Notes under the pieces: generated by a model
Seen by the model: only the letters and a program-made list of their open reading frames with translations
The model's database searches: none
What the model was told of the DNA's origin: nothing
Part shown: positions 1-11,100 of the stretch, in pieces
Numbering within the stretch: position 1 is the stretch's first letter
Layout of the letters: each line of letters opens with the position of its first letter
Position numbers and translations under genes: made by a program
NCBI GenBank assembly: GCA_964187785.1
Contig: OZ076409.1
Span: 13,580,001 to 13,644,000, forward strand
Source of the DNA: Amphiscolops sp. MND2022
Lineage: Eukaryota
Length of the DNA stretch: 64,000 nucleotides
Reading direction: 5' to 3'

Positions 1-517
1 ATCCTATCAGGTAGCTCAAGAAAAACAATGGTCGAGGTTCATCAATCTTTTTATTCTATTCATTTCTCATCTCTCCCTTCTTGTTTCCTTTTCCTTCATC
101 TTTTCTTTTTGTCTTTTTCGACAATGGCAACAGTGTAAACAATAACTAGCAACTAAAAGGGTGTAATAGCACCGAAAATTTAGAGCACGGAGTGCGCACA
201 GCGCATCCACATGTAGCATAAGGTAGCATGAAAAAGCACTAACTGCGAACACAAATTGCAAATTGAATATTGCATCTAACTAAGGCAAGGCAAAAACACA
301 GTTTCATGGTTGGGTTGCCGGTCCCAAAACGGAATAACAAGGAGGATGAAGCCCGGGGGCTTCATCTCCATTTGGAGATTTTTACCCATGACCAATTGGC
401 ATTTCCATAATCGAAGTTTAGCAACAACAGAGATTGAAACCATGAGATTTCGCAAAAGTTCATCTAGCATAAGACTATTGAAGTTGGAAATCGAATGACG
501 ACAAAGTTAGGTTTGTT

Positions 518-3500
518 TTACTGGGTGGCGGAGGAGTGACGCGCTCTGGGGGAAACGTCTGCCTTTGGTTGCAGTTCGGACAGAGATCCTCTTCGCGTAT
601 TTCCTCCTCGCAGGACTGGCTTTGGTTCGGTGCTGGCAGTTTCATGGGTCCTGGGAGCCGTGTTTGAGCCACTGGGGCCATTCTCTGCGGCTACAGGAGT
701 TGAGGCGTCTGGCGAATGTTCTTGCGCTGCATTGGCTGAGCCGCTAACATTGGCAGAACTTGTGATTGACGTGGAGATTGGGATCTGCACATCCAATCTA
801 CTGGCATTAAACAGGTGCGGTAGATCCAGCGGTCTATTGCGGGTGGCAATGGGTCGTTTCTGTTTCGCACTGAGTTTCGGGCGTAGATCAGGTCGGCCCC
901 AGAGCCCGCAGGCTCTGGACCAGTTGTCCCTGTTTGCATGTTCTATGATTTGCCTGGAGGCTTCCCATTCGGGTCCGAGGGGATCACTTAGCAATTCCAT
1001 GACGTGGTAGCAAGTCTCCGCTGGCATGTCGCTTCCCATAGTAACCCTCGCCTCTGGATTCCAAACAGGCATTGTCAGTGGGGGGATGATCAAACCTTTT
1101 AGGCGCCCTTGGCGTTCCTCCAGGGTCCTTGACATCCACACGCCTAGTTTGTAGTGATCGCGATAGGCATACTGCTCATCGAAGCCCTTCTCGACCATAC
1201 TGATTGGCTTAGCCCGGATATAACCGATGGGTCCTCGCCAGTACCTGGCTGGAAGCTTGATCATTTGAAAATTGTACTCCTGATTCGTGTGGCCGCCCAT
1301 GGTTTGCACACATTCGGTCACGTACTTCCTGAGGTGTGCGAAACTCCAATTGAATCGCTGTGGTATTCCAAGGTGATCTAGGGGCGAATTGTACCAATTC
1401 ACCGGGCCGTATTCGCGAGGTAAAGGGCACGCCTTCTTTGTTCGGGCTTTGAGAATACCGGCCAGGTTTTCGTCTTGCTGCGTTTCATTCTTTATGGTGG
1501 TATACATGCGGGGTACTAGCAGAAACAGCCCACGTTCAAGCATCTGTTGATAGTTGTGCGGTTTCACGTTCTTCAGATAAGTCAGGATGGATACCGTTAG
1601 CGTTTCCGAGGCCAGTCGCAGAGGCTTGGTGGGATAGCGGAGTATCCCGGTTGGGCCAAATATCGGAGTTAGCACGGGTGCTAACACCCGTACAAGATCT
1701 TCGACTTCAGCCAAAGTGAAATCTGCCAGCTGGTTAGGTGTCAAAAATCCAGCTACCTCGGTCACTAGCTGACGTCCGTCATATAGTGGTTGGTGCTTAT
1801 CCACCCCCACGAAAAGTCCCGAGGCAAAGACCAGACTGCAATATATCCAATGATATAATGAAGTTGTCATACGCTCCAGGTGAGCGGGATAATCCTGAGC
1901 GTCTTTCCGTTGTAACAGCTTGGCTAACGCGGTGAGGCCTGAGATGTTCCCTCGTGCAATCACTAAGTATGAAAATAGCCATTCCAGATTACACTCGGTA
2001 ACCAGGTCGGTCAATATCATCATTGGGCCAGCTACAAAGCGTTTCTGCCCGAAAGTGAGCATCAGTGCAAAGAGTTCGTTCACTTGCATGGTACCGATAA
2101 TCTCGCTGATTTCGATCAACCAACTCTCGTCTAAATCGAACTCGACTCGAACAACATCGGGACTCCAACCCAATCCCAAACAGATGGCAAACTGGTCGGT
2201 TGACATCCCAAGCTCTTTTGCAATGTCTGCTACAGTGGTAGTTTGTAGCCGCTGGTACCAGGCGTCGTAGGTGCTGCTGAAGGCTTGGATTTCAGCCTGA
2301 GTTTCGCTTGTCAGTTTTGCAGCAATGTACTTCATTCCCACTGATAATTGATCGATTGTGAGGTCCTTGGTAAATTGAACTCGCGGGATGGCTCGTTCTA
2401 CTTCTCGGTCGCTGGGGACTTTGCTCATTGTGGCAGTGACTTCTGCAAGATCGGTTTTGATACAAGTCTTTCCACCGGAGGAGCGCGCGCGCTCTATCCA
2501 GTTATTCAGGCGGATTGCCTCGCATTCAGCCGTACTGGGCTCTGGGACTCGCCTTTCTCCGTCCTTGTTGAATACTAACAAGCCCATGCGAGTGCCGTGA
2601 TCAAAGTAGATGGCATCGTCGATGGTCAGCTGCGCGTTCCCTGTCTTTTCCACTGACTGTAGCACTTTAGACACTGAGGCAATATACCCCATGTAGGACA
2701 GCCAGGAGGGACGAAAGTCGTTGGAGCTAATCCGCATATTGGGCGCGCAGATCGCAAAGTCTATTTCTCTACACTTGCAAACTTCTGTCACCATGTAGAT
2801 AAATCTCTGCAAGGCGGGGGGCCATTGGCAAAAACCTGGGGGTGTCACGAACAGGGCTGGCACCTTGAGTTTATCCTTCAAGATGTTTTGGGCTTTTTCC
2901 ATCGCTCGGGCCATGTTCAATGCTGCATTGCGTACCGTTGTTCGCTGAGCTGGACTTGGATTCATAATCTCAACGTTCGCGATCTGGGCCATTAGTCCTT
3001 CACAGGCCATGTGATCGAAAACGTTGCTGATAATCACTCTGCGTGGGGGTGGCTCTTTGAAGGTTCCTGTCATCTCAGGGTCAAACATGGTGACCAACAC
3101 TTCGGCCATCTCGGGAATACGTGACAGCGGTAGAGTAAAAACCATCACGTCTGACAGCACGTTGTCAATGGGGACGTTCTTGAGGAATGTTGAGTCAATA
3201 AGTAAGGCGAAGCGCGCACGCTGCAACCTTTCTTTTGGCATTGGTAGCTGGGCTTCGAGGTCACCGGCGTACCGTGGGTTGATCTCAAAGGTCTCTCCAG
3301 CGTTGAGGAAATATCGATCAGCGAATTGCCCACGAAGGTCAATGTTGAGGGCGTCCAGGTAATTGTCTTCCACGTTTGGCAGCATATTCATTGCCTTCCC
3401 TAGCCATGGCGGCTCATTGGTAGGGGTGTGGTCGGGGCGGATTGGACGATTCATGAATACAGGTACATTCGCCTTCTTCAACTTCGCATGCTCTTCGTCA

Positions 3501-4885
3501 TTCGGAGGACACATGTTTTTCTCAAATAGCCATTCGGGCGATACTATAACTGCCGATTCCCAGATACGTCGGGAGTCCTTGGTGACCAATGTGCCCTTTG
3601 TGTTTTGCATGGGACTCAGATACGTCGGCTGTTTCGTAAAGGTCCTCTTAGTTGGGTGTTGAATCGCCTGTTTGCGGAGTGGGGTTCCAGTTGGACCACT
3701 GTTGGTTACCTTCAATCCTGGGTAGTCACCCATTATGTCCTTGACAGTTCGTTGGGATTCAGGGGTGCCTTGATAACCCACAGTTTGCTCCGTTTGTGGC
3801 TGTCTTGATGTGGACGGCTTGGGAGTCGCTCGTTGAGCCAGCGACTCGCGTGTCGTAGACTGCGTGGATGGTGGTTGCGGCAGTCCTTGTTGTTCGCCTG
3901 TTACGTCCGGTTGTGATTGGGGTGAGGGAAGCACGCATGCTTCCGACACTTTTGACTTCGTTTGGTCTGGCGCTTTGGAGGTTGTGGCCTTCTCGTTGGA
4001 AATCTTTTTGTCGGGTGGTGGCTTGCTCGAGGGGCTGTCACGGGCAGTCAATGGTTGTTGAGTCTTCTTTGTTGGAGAAGGGTCGTTGCGCTTTCTTGAG
4101 GCAGGGCGGCTCTCTCCTCCCCCTTTTTGAGAAGAGCGGGAAGGCGAACGACTGCGCTCCACAGTCACGGTGCGAGAGTGTCCTGGTTGCTCAGACTGAG
4201 GATTGATGTGGGGAATAGTGATGACACCTTGATGTGTATCAGTTGGAGTCACATTGTCGTTGCGAATAGTGACAGTGGGCAGAGCAATTCGACGTAGTTC
4301 AGGCCAACACTGCTCCATGGATCGCATGAAATCATCGTAATTGGGGTTGGCAGCCACTGCTTGCAGCGCTGAGATGACTGCTTGCTCCGCCATAGATTGA
4401 TTGGGCGAGCCAGGCACTATAGGAGCAGGAGTGCGCGCACGCACTACTGCTTGTGGTGTTGGTGCAGGAGGTGGCGGTGGAGGTGGAGGCGGGCAAGAAG
4501 GGATCTGTAAAGGTCTAGTCTGATGGACTCCGCCATTCGCAGGACTATATGAGATCGCCGCACGATCATCCGTGAAGTGATGCGTGAGATCATGGCCGTG
4601 CCACACTCCATCTTGGTACGTCATGGATCGTTGGAATCCAGGAAGCCCTGAAGTAATTGATATCGTCAGCATTGGGGCTTGCAATTGTGATTCCATTTGA
4701 GCGGTGATTGCTGCTACCCCGGCAACTGTAGCTGGCGACAGACCTTGGTCGAGTCTGTCTCGAATAAAGGCAATTTGTGGGGTACGTTGGACACGCGCAG
4801 TGTCGTAGACGCGTTGCCCCAAGGCAGGAGAGTTATCTGTAGACCTTGGCGGGACGTTGTTGCTTCTATCATTATCTTGGTTCAT
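518..4885 (-). CDS. Retrotransposon accessory ORF2 (1455 aa) with SGNH/GDSL-esterase-like domain; function unknown
   Basis: Uninterrupted ATG-started ORF downstream of pol; colinear homolog in element B (e.g. GHDLTH/GYDLTH, FVTPPG/FMSPPG, APNMRIS/APNLRIS, LRYPT). Confidence 0.88.
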   Translation of the reverse strand: MNQDNDRSNNVPPRSTDNSPALGQRVYDTARVQRTPQIAFIRDRLDQGLSPATVAGVAAITAQMESQLQAPMLTISITSGLPGFQRSMTYQDGVWHGHDLTHHFTDDRAAISYSPANGGVHQTRPLQIPSCPPPPPPPPPAPTPQAVVRARTPAPIVPGSPNQSMAEQAVISALQAVAANPNYDDFMRSMEQCWPELRRIALPTVTIRNDNVTPTDTHQGVITIPHINPQSEQPGHSRTVTVERSRSPSRSSQKGGGESRPASRKRNDPSPTKKTQQPLTARDSPSSKPPPDKKISNEKATTSKAPDQTKSKVSEACVLPSPQSQPDVTGEQQGLPQPPSTQSTTRESLAQRATPKPSTSRQPQTEQTVGYQGTPESQRTVKDIMGDYPGLKVTNSGPTGTPLRKQAIQHPTKRTFTKQPTYLSPMQNTKGTLVTKDSRRIWESAVIVSPEWLFEKNMCPPNDEEHAKLKKANVPVFMNRPIRPDHTPTNEPPWLGKAMNMLPNVEDNYLDALNIDLRGQFADRYFLNAGETFEINPRYAGDLEAQLPMPKERLQRARFALLIDSTFLKNVPIDNVLSDVMVFTLPLSRIPEMAEVLVTMFDPEMTGTFKEPPPRRVIISNVFDHMACEGLMAQIANVEIMNPSPAQRTTVRNAALNMARAMEKAQNILKDKLKVPALFVTPPGFCQWPPALQRFIYMVTEVCKCREIDFAICAPNMRISSNDFRPSWLSYMGYIASVSKVLQSVEKTGNAQLTIDDAIYFDHGTRMGLLVFNKDGERRVPEPSTAECEAIRLNNWIERARSSGGKTCIKTDLAEVTATMSKVPSDREVERAIPRVQFTKDLTIDQLSVGMKYIAAKLTSETQAEIQAFSSTYDAWYQRLQTTTVADIAKELGMSTDQFAICLGLGWSPDVVRVEFDLDESWLIEISEIIGTMQVNELFALMLTFGQKRFVAGPMMILTDLVTECNLEWLFSYLVIARGNISGLTALAKLLQRKDAQDYPAHLERMTTSLYHWIYCSLVFASGLFVGVDKHQPLYDGRQLVTEVAGFLTPNQLADFTLAEVEDLVRVLAPVLTPIFGPTGILRYPTKPLRLASETLTVSILTYLKNVKPHNYQQMLERGLFLLVPRMYTTIKNETQQDENLAGILKARTKKACPLPREYGPVNWYNSPLDHLGIPQRFNWSFAHLRKYVTECVQTMGGHTNQEYNFQMIKLPARYWRGPIGYIRAKPISMVEKGFDEQYAYRDHYKLGVWMSRTLEERQGRLKGLIIPPLTMPVWNPEARVTMGSDMPAETCYHVMELLSDPLGPEWEASRQIIEHANRDNWSRACGLWGRPDLRPKLSAKQKRPIATRNRPLDLPHLFNASRLDVQIPISTSITSSANVSGSANAAQEHSPDASTPVAAENGPSGSNTAPRTHETASTEPKPVLRGGNTRRGSLSELQPKADVSPRARHSSATQ

Positions 4886-4895
4886 GACGACAATT

Positions 4896-4912
4896 CTGAA
4901 AGAGTGCAGGTC
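4896..4912 (-). promoter_or_regulatory. Putative 3' splice acceptor for ORF2 subgenomic mRNA (element A)
   Basis: Minus strand GACCTGCACTCTTTCAG|AATTGTC, 10 nt before the ORF2 ATG; similar motif at the same position in element B. Confidence 0.5.
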
Positions 4913-5110
4913 GATTGTAGCACACTTGATAGTAGGGCAACACCATAGGTCATTTCAAGGGTAATACCAGGGAAAGTAATAGAATGTCATACACTAACAT
5001 TAAAGAAAAAGGTAACGTAACAGTTTCACATAAACTCCGTGTCGACTCACTAAACTTAATCGAGCGGATAAAAAACAAAAAAAACAAAAAAAAGCGGAAA
5101 AACGAGAGCT

Positions 5111-8100
5111 TTATGGAAAGCTAGCGACGCTTGCAATAGATACGTAAACGCGATCGTGAAGAACGACGGTCAGGGGGGTGTCGGCGAATACGTCCATCAA
5201 ACAGGTATAAAAATCAAAAAGATTACGTATTGGGCGTTCAGGATCAATGATGGCAAAGTGTACTTCTATCGCCTCCAAGCGCTCGAGTAACATTTTTAAG
5301 TGATCAAGACATCCAAAGAGAATATCAGCGAGCATAGGGCAGCGAGGTGTAGCTCGTGTGATCAAAAGGTGGATAGTTTGAGGATGGCCGTCTATCAAAG
5401 ATGTGGGTAGCGTTACAATATTGCCAACCTCTGGTCGAAGTTGAAAAATTGCATCTGCACCATGCTCACGAATGACGTAACGAAGGGCGGCAGAACTAGT
5501 TTCCAGATTTGCGGGACAACATAAAACGATATGATGGGGAGTCTGCAGGAAGTCCGTATTGGCATACTGCACATAGTCAACCAATTGAGGTCTCACGGCT
5601 CCGTGGTACACTAACTCTCGTCCGGGATCTTTGGAGAGAGCATCATCACATGCATTCAGGAGGAGGCCCTTGATTGCGCCCAAATCTTGCCATACGGATC
5701 GCGGCAATGATTGATTATCAATATTAGCCCTGGACCATGTATCCAGTGCGTGTAGGGCCGATTGGAGCGATACAGGACTAGGAAATGAGTGTGTCCATTC
5801 GTCCAGGATTCTGATTCGTGAAAAATTCGATAAAACTGCTATGATAAGTTCCAGCCACCATTCAAACTTAATTTTACCACGATATAGGTCTATGGTGTGG
5901 AAACAAGTGATTCTATCAGGAGAGGCCATCGTCCGCAAGCTCTCCAGACAGGTGTTCAAGTTAGTGGGATGAACCAGGTCGGATGCTTGTTTGGCCGTAA
6001 TTAGTAGCCACCAGTTGCTTGTAGGCTGATAAACGTCTCCTGGTTTTGCGGTGACGTTGTATTTGTCGTACAAGAGGTCAGCAGGAATACAGCGTATCAT
6101 TTGGATAGGCTCTCGCTCATAGTTGAAAGGGCCAAAAGCAATATTTGTAGGCAAAGGGGGAACAGTGATGGGCAAGGTGAACTCCAAACCAACAAGATCA
6201 TAGGTCCACTCCTTGAACCTTGGGCACGGAGCCTTCGCTATCGTAGAATCTTTCATTTTGGATAGGATATAGTCCACGGGATATGGAGTGTCACTGCGTT
6301 GTAGCCCAGTATAGGTTTTCTCTGCTCGAATAACCAAACGGTCAACCATTCCGCTCGGAAGCGATTTCTCCTGTTCACGTGCTAGCAGGATTCCCTGGGA
6401 ATTGATTGGGAAGCCCGCGTGGACCATATAGTTACATTCGCAGTTTCGTAGGCCACATGTTCCGCAACGATATCTGGGAGTACGATTGCGTCGCAGTCCA
6501 TAACGAGCGTTGGTCGATTCTGGCGGTGCTGCTTGATCTGAGGTTACCGCCGCGCTAGGGGCAGAAGAGTCAGTGTCCATGGATGGAGTGTTACGGACAC
6601 GGGTAGGAGTGTTAGGTCTGGCGTGCGTTATACGAGGAGGTCTTCCTCTGGGACGCCCTCTTTTGCGAGCGCCTCTAATAGCACCTCTCCGTTGGTGACC
6701 ACGTGGCAGCGAGGCTCGCGGCCTCGCTCTACCTGGCGGACGTCCCCGGGGTCCACGCCCTCTAGGAGCATTGGGGAGTTTCGTGGTAGTAGCTGCATCG
6801 TTGTTGGTGGGAACTGTTGCAGGGGGAATTGATCCCTTTTCGTTATTGGTTGTTGGTGTTTCAGCACCGTTGTCGTCTAGGGTTGGGTTGAGAACATTGT
6901 CATCGATTAGGGGCCAAATGGGAAAGTTACTCAACATATCCGTAAGAGATGGATTTGTCAATAATGGGGCGGATGTACCGGTCAAAGAGGTGGCGGCACT
7001 TTTGGTGGGTACGTGGATAGTAGGATTCGGGGCGATGTCCAATGCGTCGGGTACTGCTTCATTCTCTGAGAACAGAGCCTCCATTGCAGGTAGTGGTGAT
7101 ATTGGCATTTCGGGAATAGGCGCAGGCTCTTCTACTTGTGATGACAAGATAACACTTTCGTCAGGACTAGCCTGAACACTCGATAGGAGTACATCAGAAC
7201 GTTCATCGTCAGACTCTGTCGAAGAGTAGCCAAATTGTTGATAATGCAGGCGGCTGCCACCCGCGCGCATGTGTGTGCGTAACCGTGTGTCCATCCAATG
7301 TCTTTGTCGAGAAGGCAAAGAGGCATTGCTGGCTTCCGAAATTGGTTCCTCTGCACGGTAAGAAGGTTGTGAAGCATCGTCTCTCACCTCCTCATGGGAT
7401 TGTTCTGGATCAGGGTCCATGATAATAGCAACCTCGCCGTTATGCGCAGGAACAGTTGCCCATTCTGTTGGACCACCATGATGCGGTTTCAATCGTTCGA
7501 AATGCACTTTCTGACCAGTGTCCAGTATGTAGACACGTCCCTCTTGTAGCACTCGTGCTACCTTGTGAGGACCACGCCACGCTCTCATCAATTTAGGGGA
7601 TCCCTTTTGAGGAATGTATCGGCAGAATACCCAAACAGGTTCGCCCACTTCGTAGGCTTTAGCACGAATTGCTCTGTCGTACTTCAATTTTTGTCGTTGC
7701 TGGGCTTGATGCGTGTTGCGACGGACCAAGTCATGAATCTCTTGTTGTCGAGCCAGCACATGTTCCACATAGGCTTCGTGTGATTCGAATGACTGAGTTG
7801 CAAATTCTGGATACAAGAAAGTCAGGGGTATAGCTTTTTCCATGCCTCTGGTCAGCATGTACGGGGAGAATCCAGTAGTGGCATGACGTGTGGAGTTATA
7901 TGCACCCATGACTTCATCTAGGTACTGATCCCAGTCACGCATTCGTCTAGAGCAGAATACACGCAGTAGGGTGAGTAGCGTTCGGTTTTGTCGCTCTACC
8001 AACCCTTGAGTCCTGGGGTGGCCAGCAGTTGAGGTTACTTTGGTCACTTGGGCTGCTTTCATAAACTCAGCAGATACTGCCGCGGTGAAATTGGGAGCAT

Positions 8101-11100
8101 TGTCTGACTGCATCCTCGTCGGTGTTCCATGGCGGGCAAACCACTTCTGCAACAACAACTTTGAAGTGGTCGCTGCATCATACTCATCGTGGTTACACGG
8201 CACAGCTTCTGCGAGCTTAGAGAAATGATCGATAATAACCAATATCCCTGTGTTACCATCATCAGAGGGACAAATTTTCATGTGGTCATATTGGACTAGC
8301 TCGTTGAAATAACCGCTTTGGATATTTTTCAAGTGAAAGCGTACATCACCAGGCTTGTCGCGTACTTGTTGACAGGTGATACATTGGCTGACGTATTGTC
8401 CAATGGTGCGGCGAATGCCTGGCCAAGTGTGGCGCTCTTGAATTCTGGCCAAGACTTTCGCGATGCCTTGATGTCCCATCGCGTCGTGAGCCTTGAATAG
8501 TATCTCATGCTGATACAATTGTGGCATCACAATCATGCAGGGGCGTTCATGCAAAGCTCTTTGAGTTTTGGAGTATTTTACACACAAAATTCCGTTGGCG
8601 TTTATCAGTAGAAGGTTCTTCTTCTGTTTGTAGTAGTTTTTGGCAAAGGTGCGTACATTTTCCGGAAAGACGTCATTATCTATTGATTCTTGCTCTACCA
8701 ATTTCTTGATAGCCAATATATGGACGTCACGGTTTTGTGCTAATAGTAGATCCTTCAGTCCATGGACTGTGTTAGCATGTTCATGCAGTTCCATTGATAT
8801 GCTGTTTACCACAAACGCGGCTTGTTTTACGTGCTCTGGTGCAGTGCTAGTTGCTTGCTTTTCCGTCAGTGGGTAAGTGGTTCTTGATGGTACGTTAGCA
8901 GCATGCGTGGGGAGTAAATAGTCTCGTTGATATTCCTCGGTCAGTTCCAACCAATCCTCAGGATATTCTGGATAAAGTTCGGCAGGCAGTGTCAATTCTG
9001 GTTTTGGCAATGTAGGTAGGGGCGCTCTCATGGCTTTGTCTCGTATGGTCGCATTTCGTTTGCTTCCTCCGCTCTTTCGCGTGGGAGCGGTAATTGTGGT
9101 CTCGGGTGAACTTTGGCTACCCAACCTCTGCAAGTGTGCAGGCAATTCTGGGTGATTTGGTATCACACGTCCGTGGACATCGAACCATGGGGCGAGCGGG
9201 AGTTTGTTATATTCCTCCTGTGACAGGAAATCCCATTTGTCTGCAATTGCGGGTAAACCCTTTAGTTGCTTTTCGTGTTTTTTGTAATCATTTGTTCGTT
9301 TGCTAAGACCGTCGGCATTTCGGTGTTGGGTTCTGGGTCGATGCTCAATGCTGAAGTGATATTTTTCAAGAGCCATAATCCATCGACCGATAATCGCCTG
9401 ATCCATCGAATATGTTTTTAGCCAGGATAGGGCCTGATTATCTACCCTCAGTGTGAACTTTCGTGGACAGAGATAACTGTGGTTTTTCAAGATGAAATAG
9501 TACGCAGCATACATTTCCAATTTTGGGGCTCCATACTTTGCTTGCGTAGCAGTTAATTTTTTGCTTCCGAATACAATTGGTCGCAATTTGCGGCTCTCAG
9601 GTGGTCCTTGCCATTGGTGCAGAATACCCGATATAGCTACACCACTAGCATCTGTGTCGAGAACAAATTCGCCTTCAGTGTCGGGTTGCGCCAGAGCAGT
9701 GGCTTCCATTAGTGCCACTTTGATGCTGTTGAAGGCTCGTTGCTGCTCCTCCCCCCATAAAAATGAAGAGGCTCCTCCTGTTATCGCGTGTAAAGGGGCA
9801 ACTAGTTTTGCATGCCACGGGATAAAATCTCGATAGTAGTTGGCAAAACCCAAGAAACTTTGCAATTCAGTCTTGGTTCGCGGGATATCCCATTCTTTCA
9901 GCTTGGTGACAGCTTTTGGATCTGGCTTGATACCATCTGCGGATACGACCCGGCCCAAATATTTGATCTCCGATTTCATGAAGTCACACTTGGAGACTCT
10001 CATTTTGAACCCGGCCTCACGCAGGCATTGGAATACTTCGCGTAGTCTATCCATGTGATCCTCGATGGTCTCGGTAGCAATCACAATGTCATCGATGTAG
10101 GCCATAACCATACTTCCTTCACGGTTCACTATTCTTTGTAGCGCTCGCGCTATTGCCCGTTGAAATGTTGCTGATGCGTTACACATACCAAAAGGCATAC
10201 GCCGCCACTCGAATAACCCAAGTTCACAAGCGAAGGCAGTCTTTTGACGATCGGCTTTTCGGACAGGAATTTGCCAGAACGCCCACGCCAAGTCAATACT
10301 GGTATAGATTTTGGCTTTGCCCAATCTGGATAGACTTTCATCGATACGTGGCAAGGGATAAGCGTCTTTGATGGTCACTTCATTAAGTGGCCGAAAATCA
10401 CAACAGAATCGCAATTCACCACTCTTCTTTTTGACCATAACAATTCCACTCGCCCAAGGGGATAAGGAAGGTTGTATCATTCCCAAAGCTAGCAAGTCAC
10501 GAACTTCTTGGTTAGCACGTTCTGCCTTGTCAGGCGACATTCGTCTTGCACCTTCGCGGTGGGGTACAGCCCCTGGCTCTAGTTCCACCGGGTGCTTAGC
10601 GATTTTACACTTACCAATGTCGGCCTTGAACTTCATAAACAAATCATCAAATTCGTTCAAAAGTTTACTAAGCGTGTCGCTGGCGGTCGATCCCCACAAA
10701 CCGCGCACTTCGTCGAGTTGTGCTTCCGGGCCCGGTATCGGAGCCATTAACGCCGGATCGGTTCGTTTTTTTACTTCGCGCTCGGACAAGCCTAGTTCTG
10801 ACGGTTCGGTAGAGGACAAAAACTCAAATTCAGATGAAGAACTATATTCAGAAGAAGAATCAAGATTCATCTGTTCGTAAATTTTACAAACATAATTTGC
10901 ATTTGACTGCTGAGTTTCACTTGATTGTCCGGGGACAATTTGGGGAATGGCTTTATGAACCATCGTTACGGGTACCGCGGTTCCTAAAAGGGTGCCCTTT
11001 TTAATCCGCTGCACGTTGCTGGTAAGATTTCCTAAACTGACGTAAAGGAAGCCAGTCTCCCCCACGGTCGCCACGGTGTCCTCTAAAAAGATGGCGTTTT

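Noticed and set aside
518..4885. ORF2 as a classical retroviral/errantiviral Env
   Set aside because: No N-terminal signal peptide, no evident furin site plus fusion peptide, no C-terminal TM anchor; the C-terminus is low-complexity and polar
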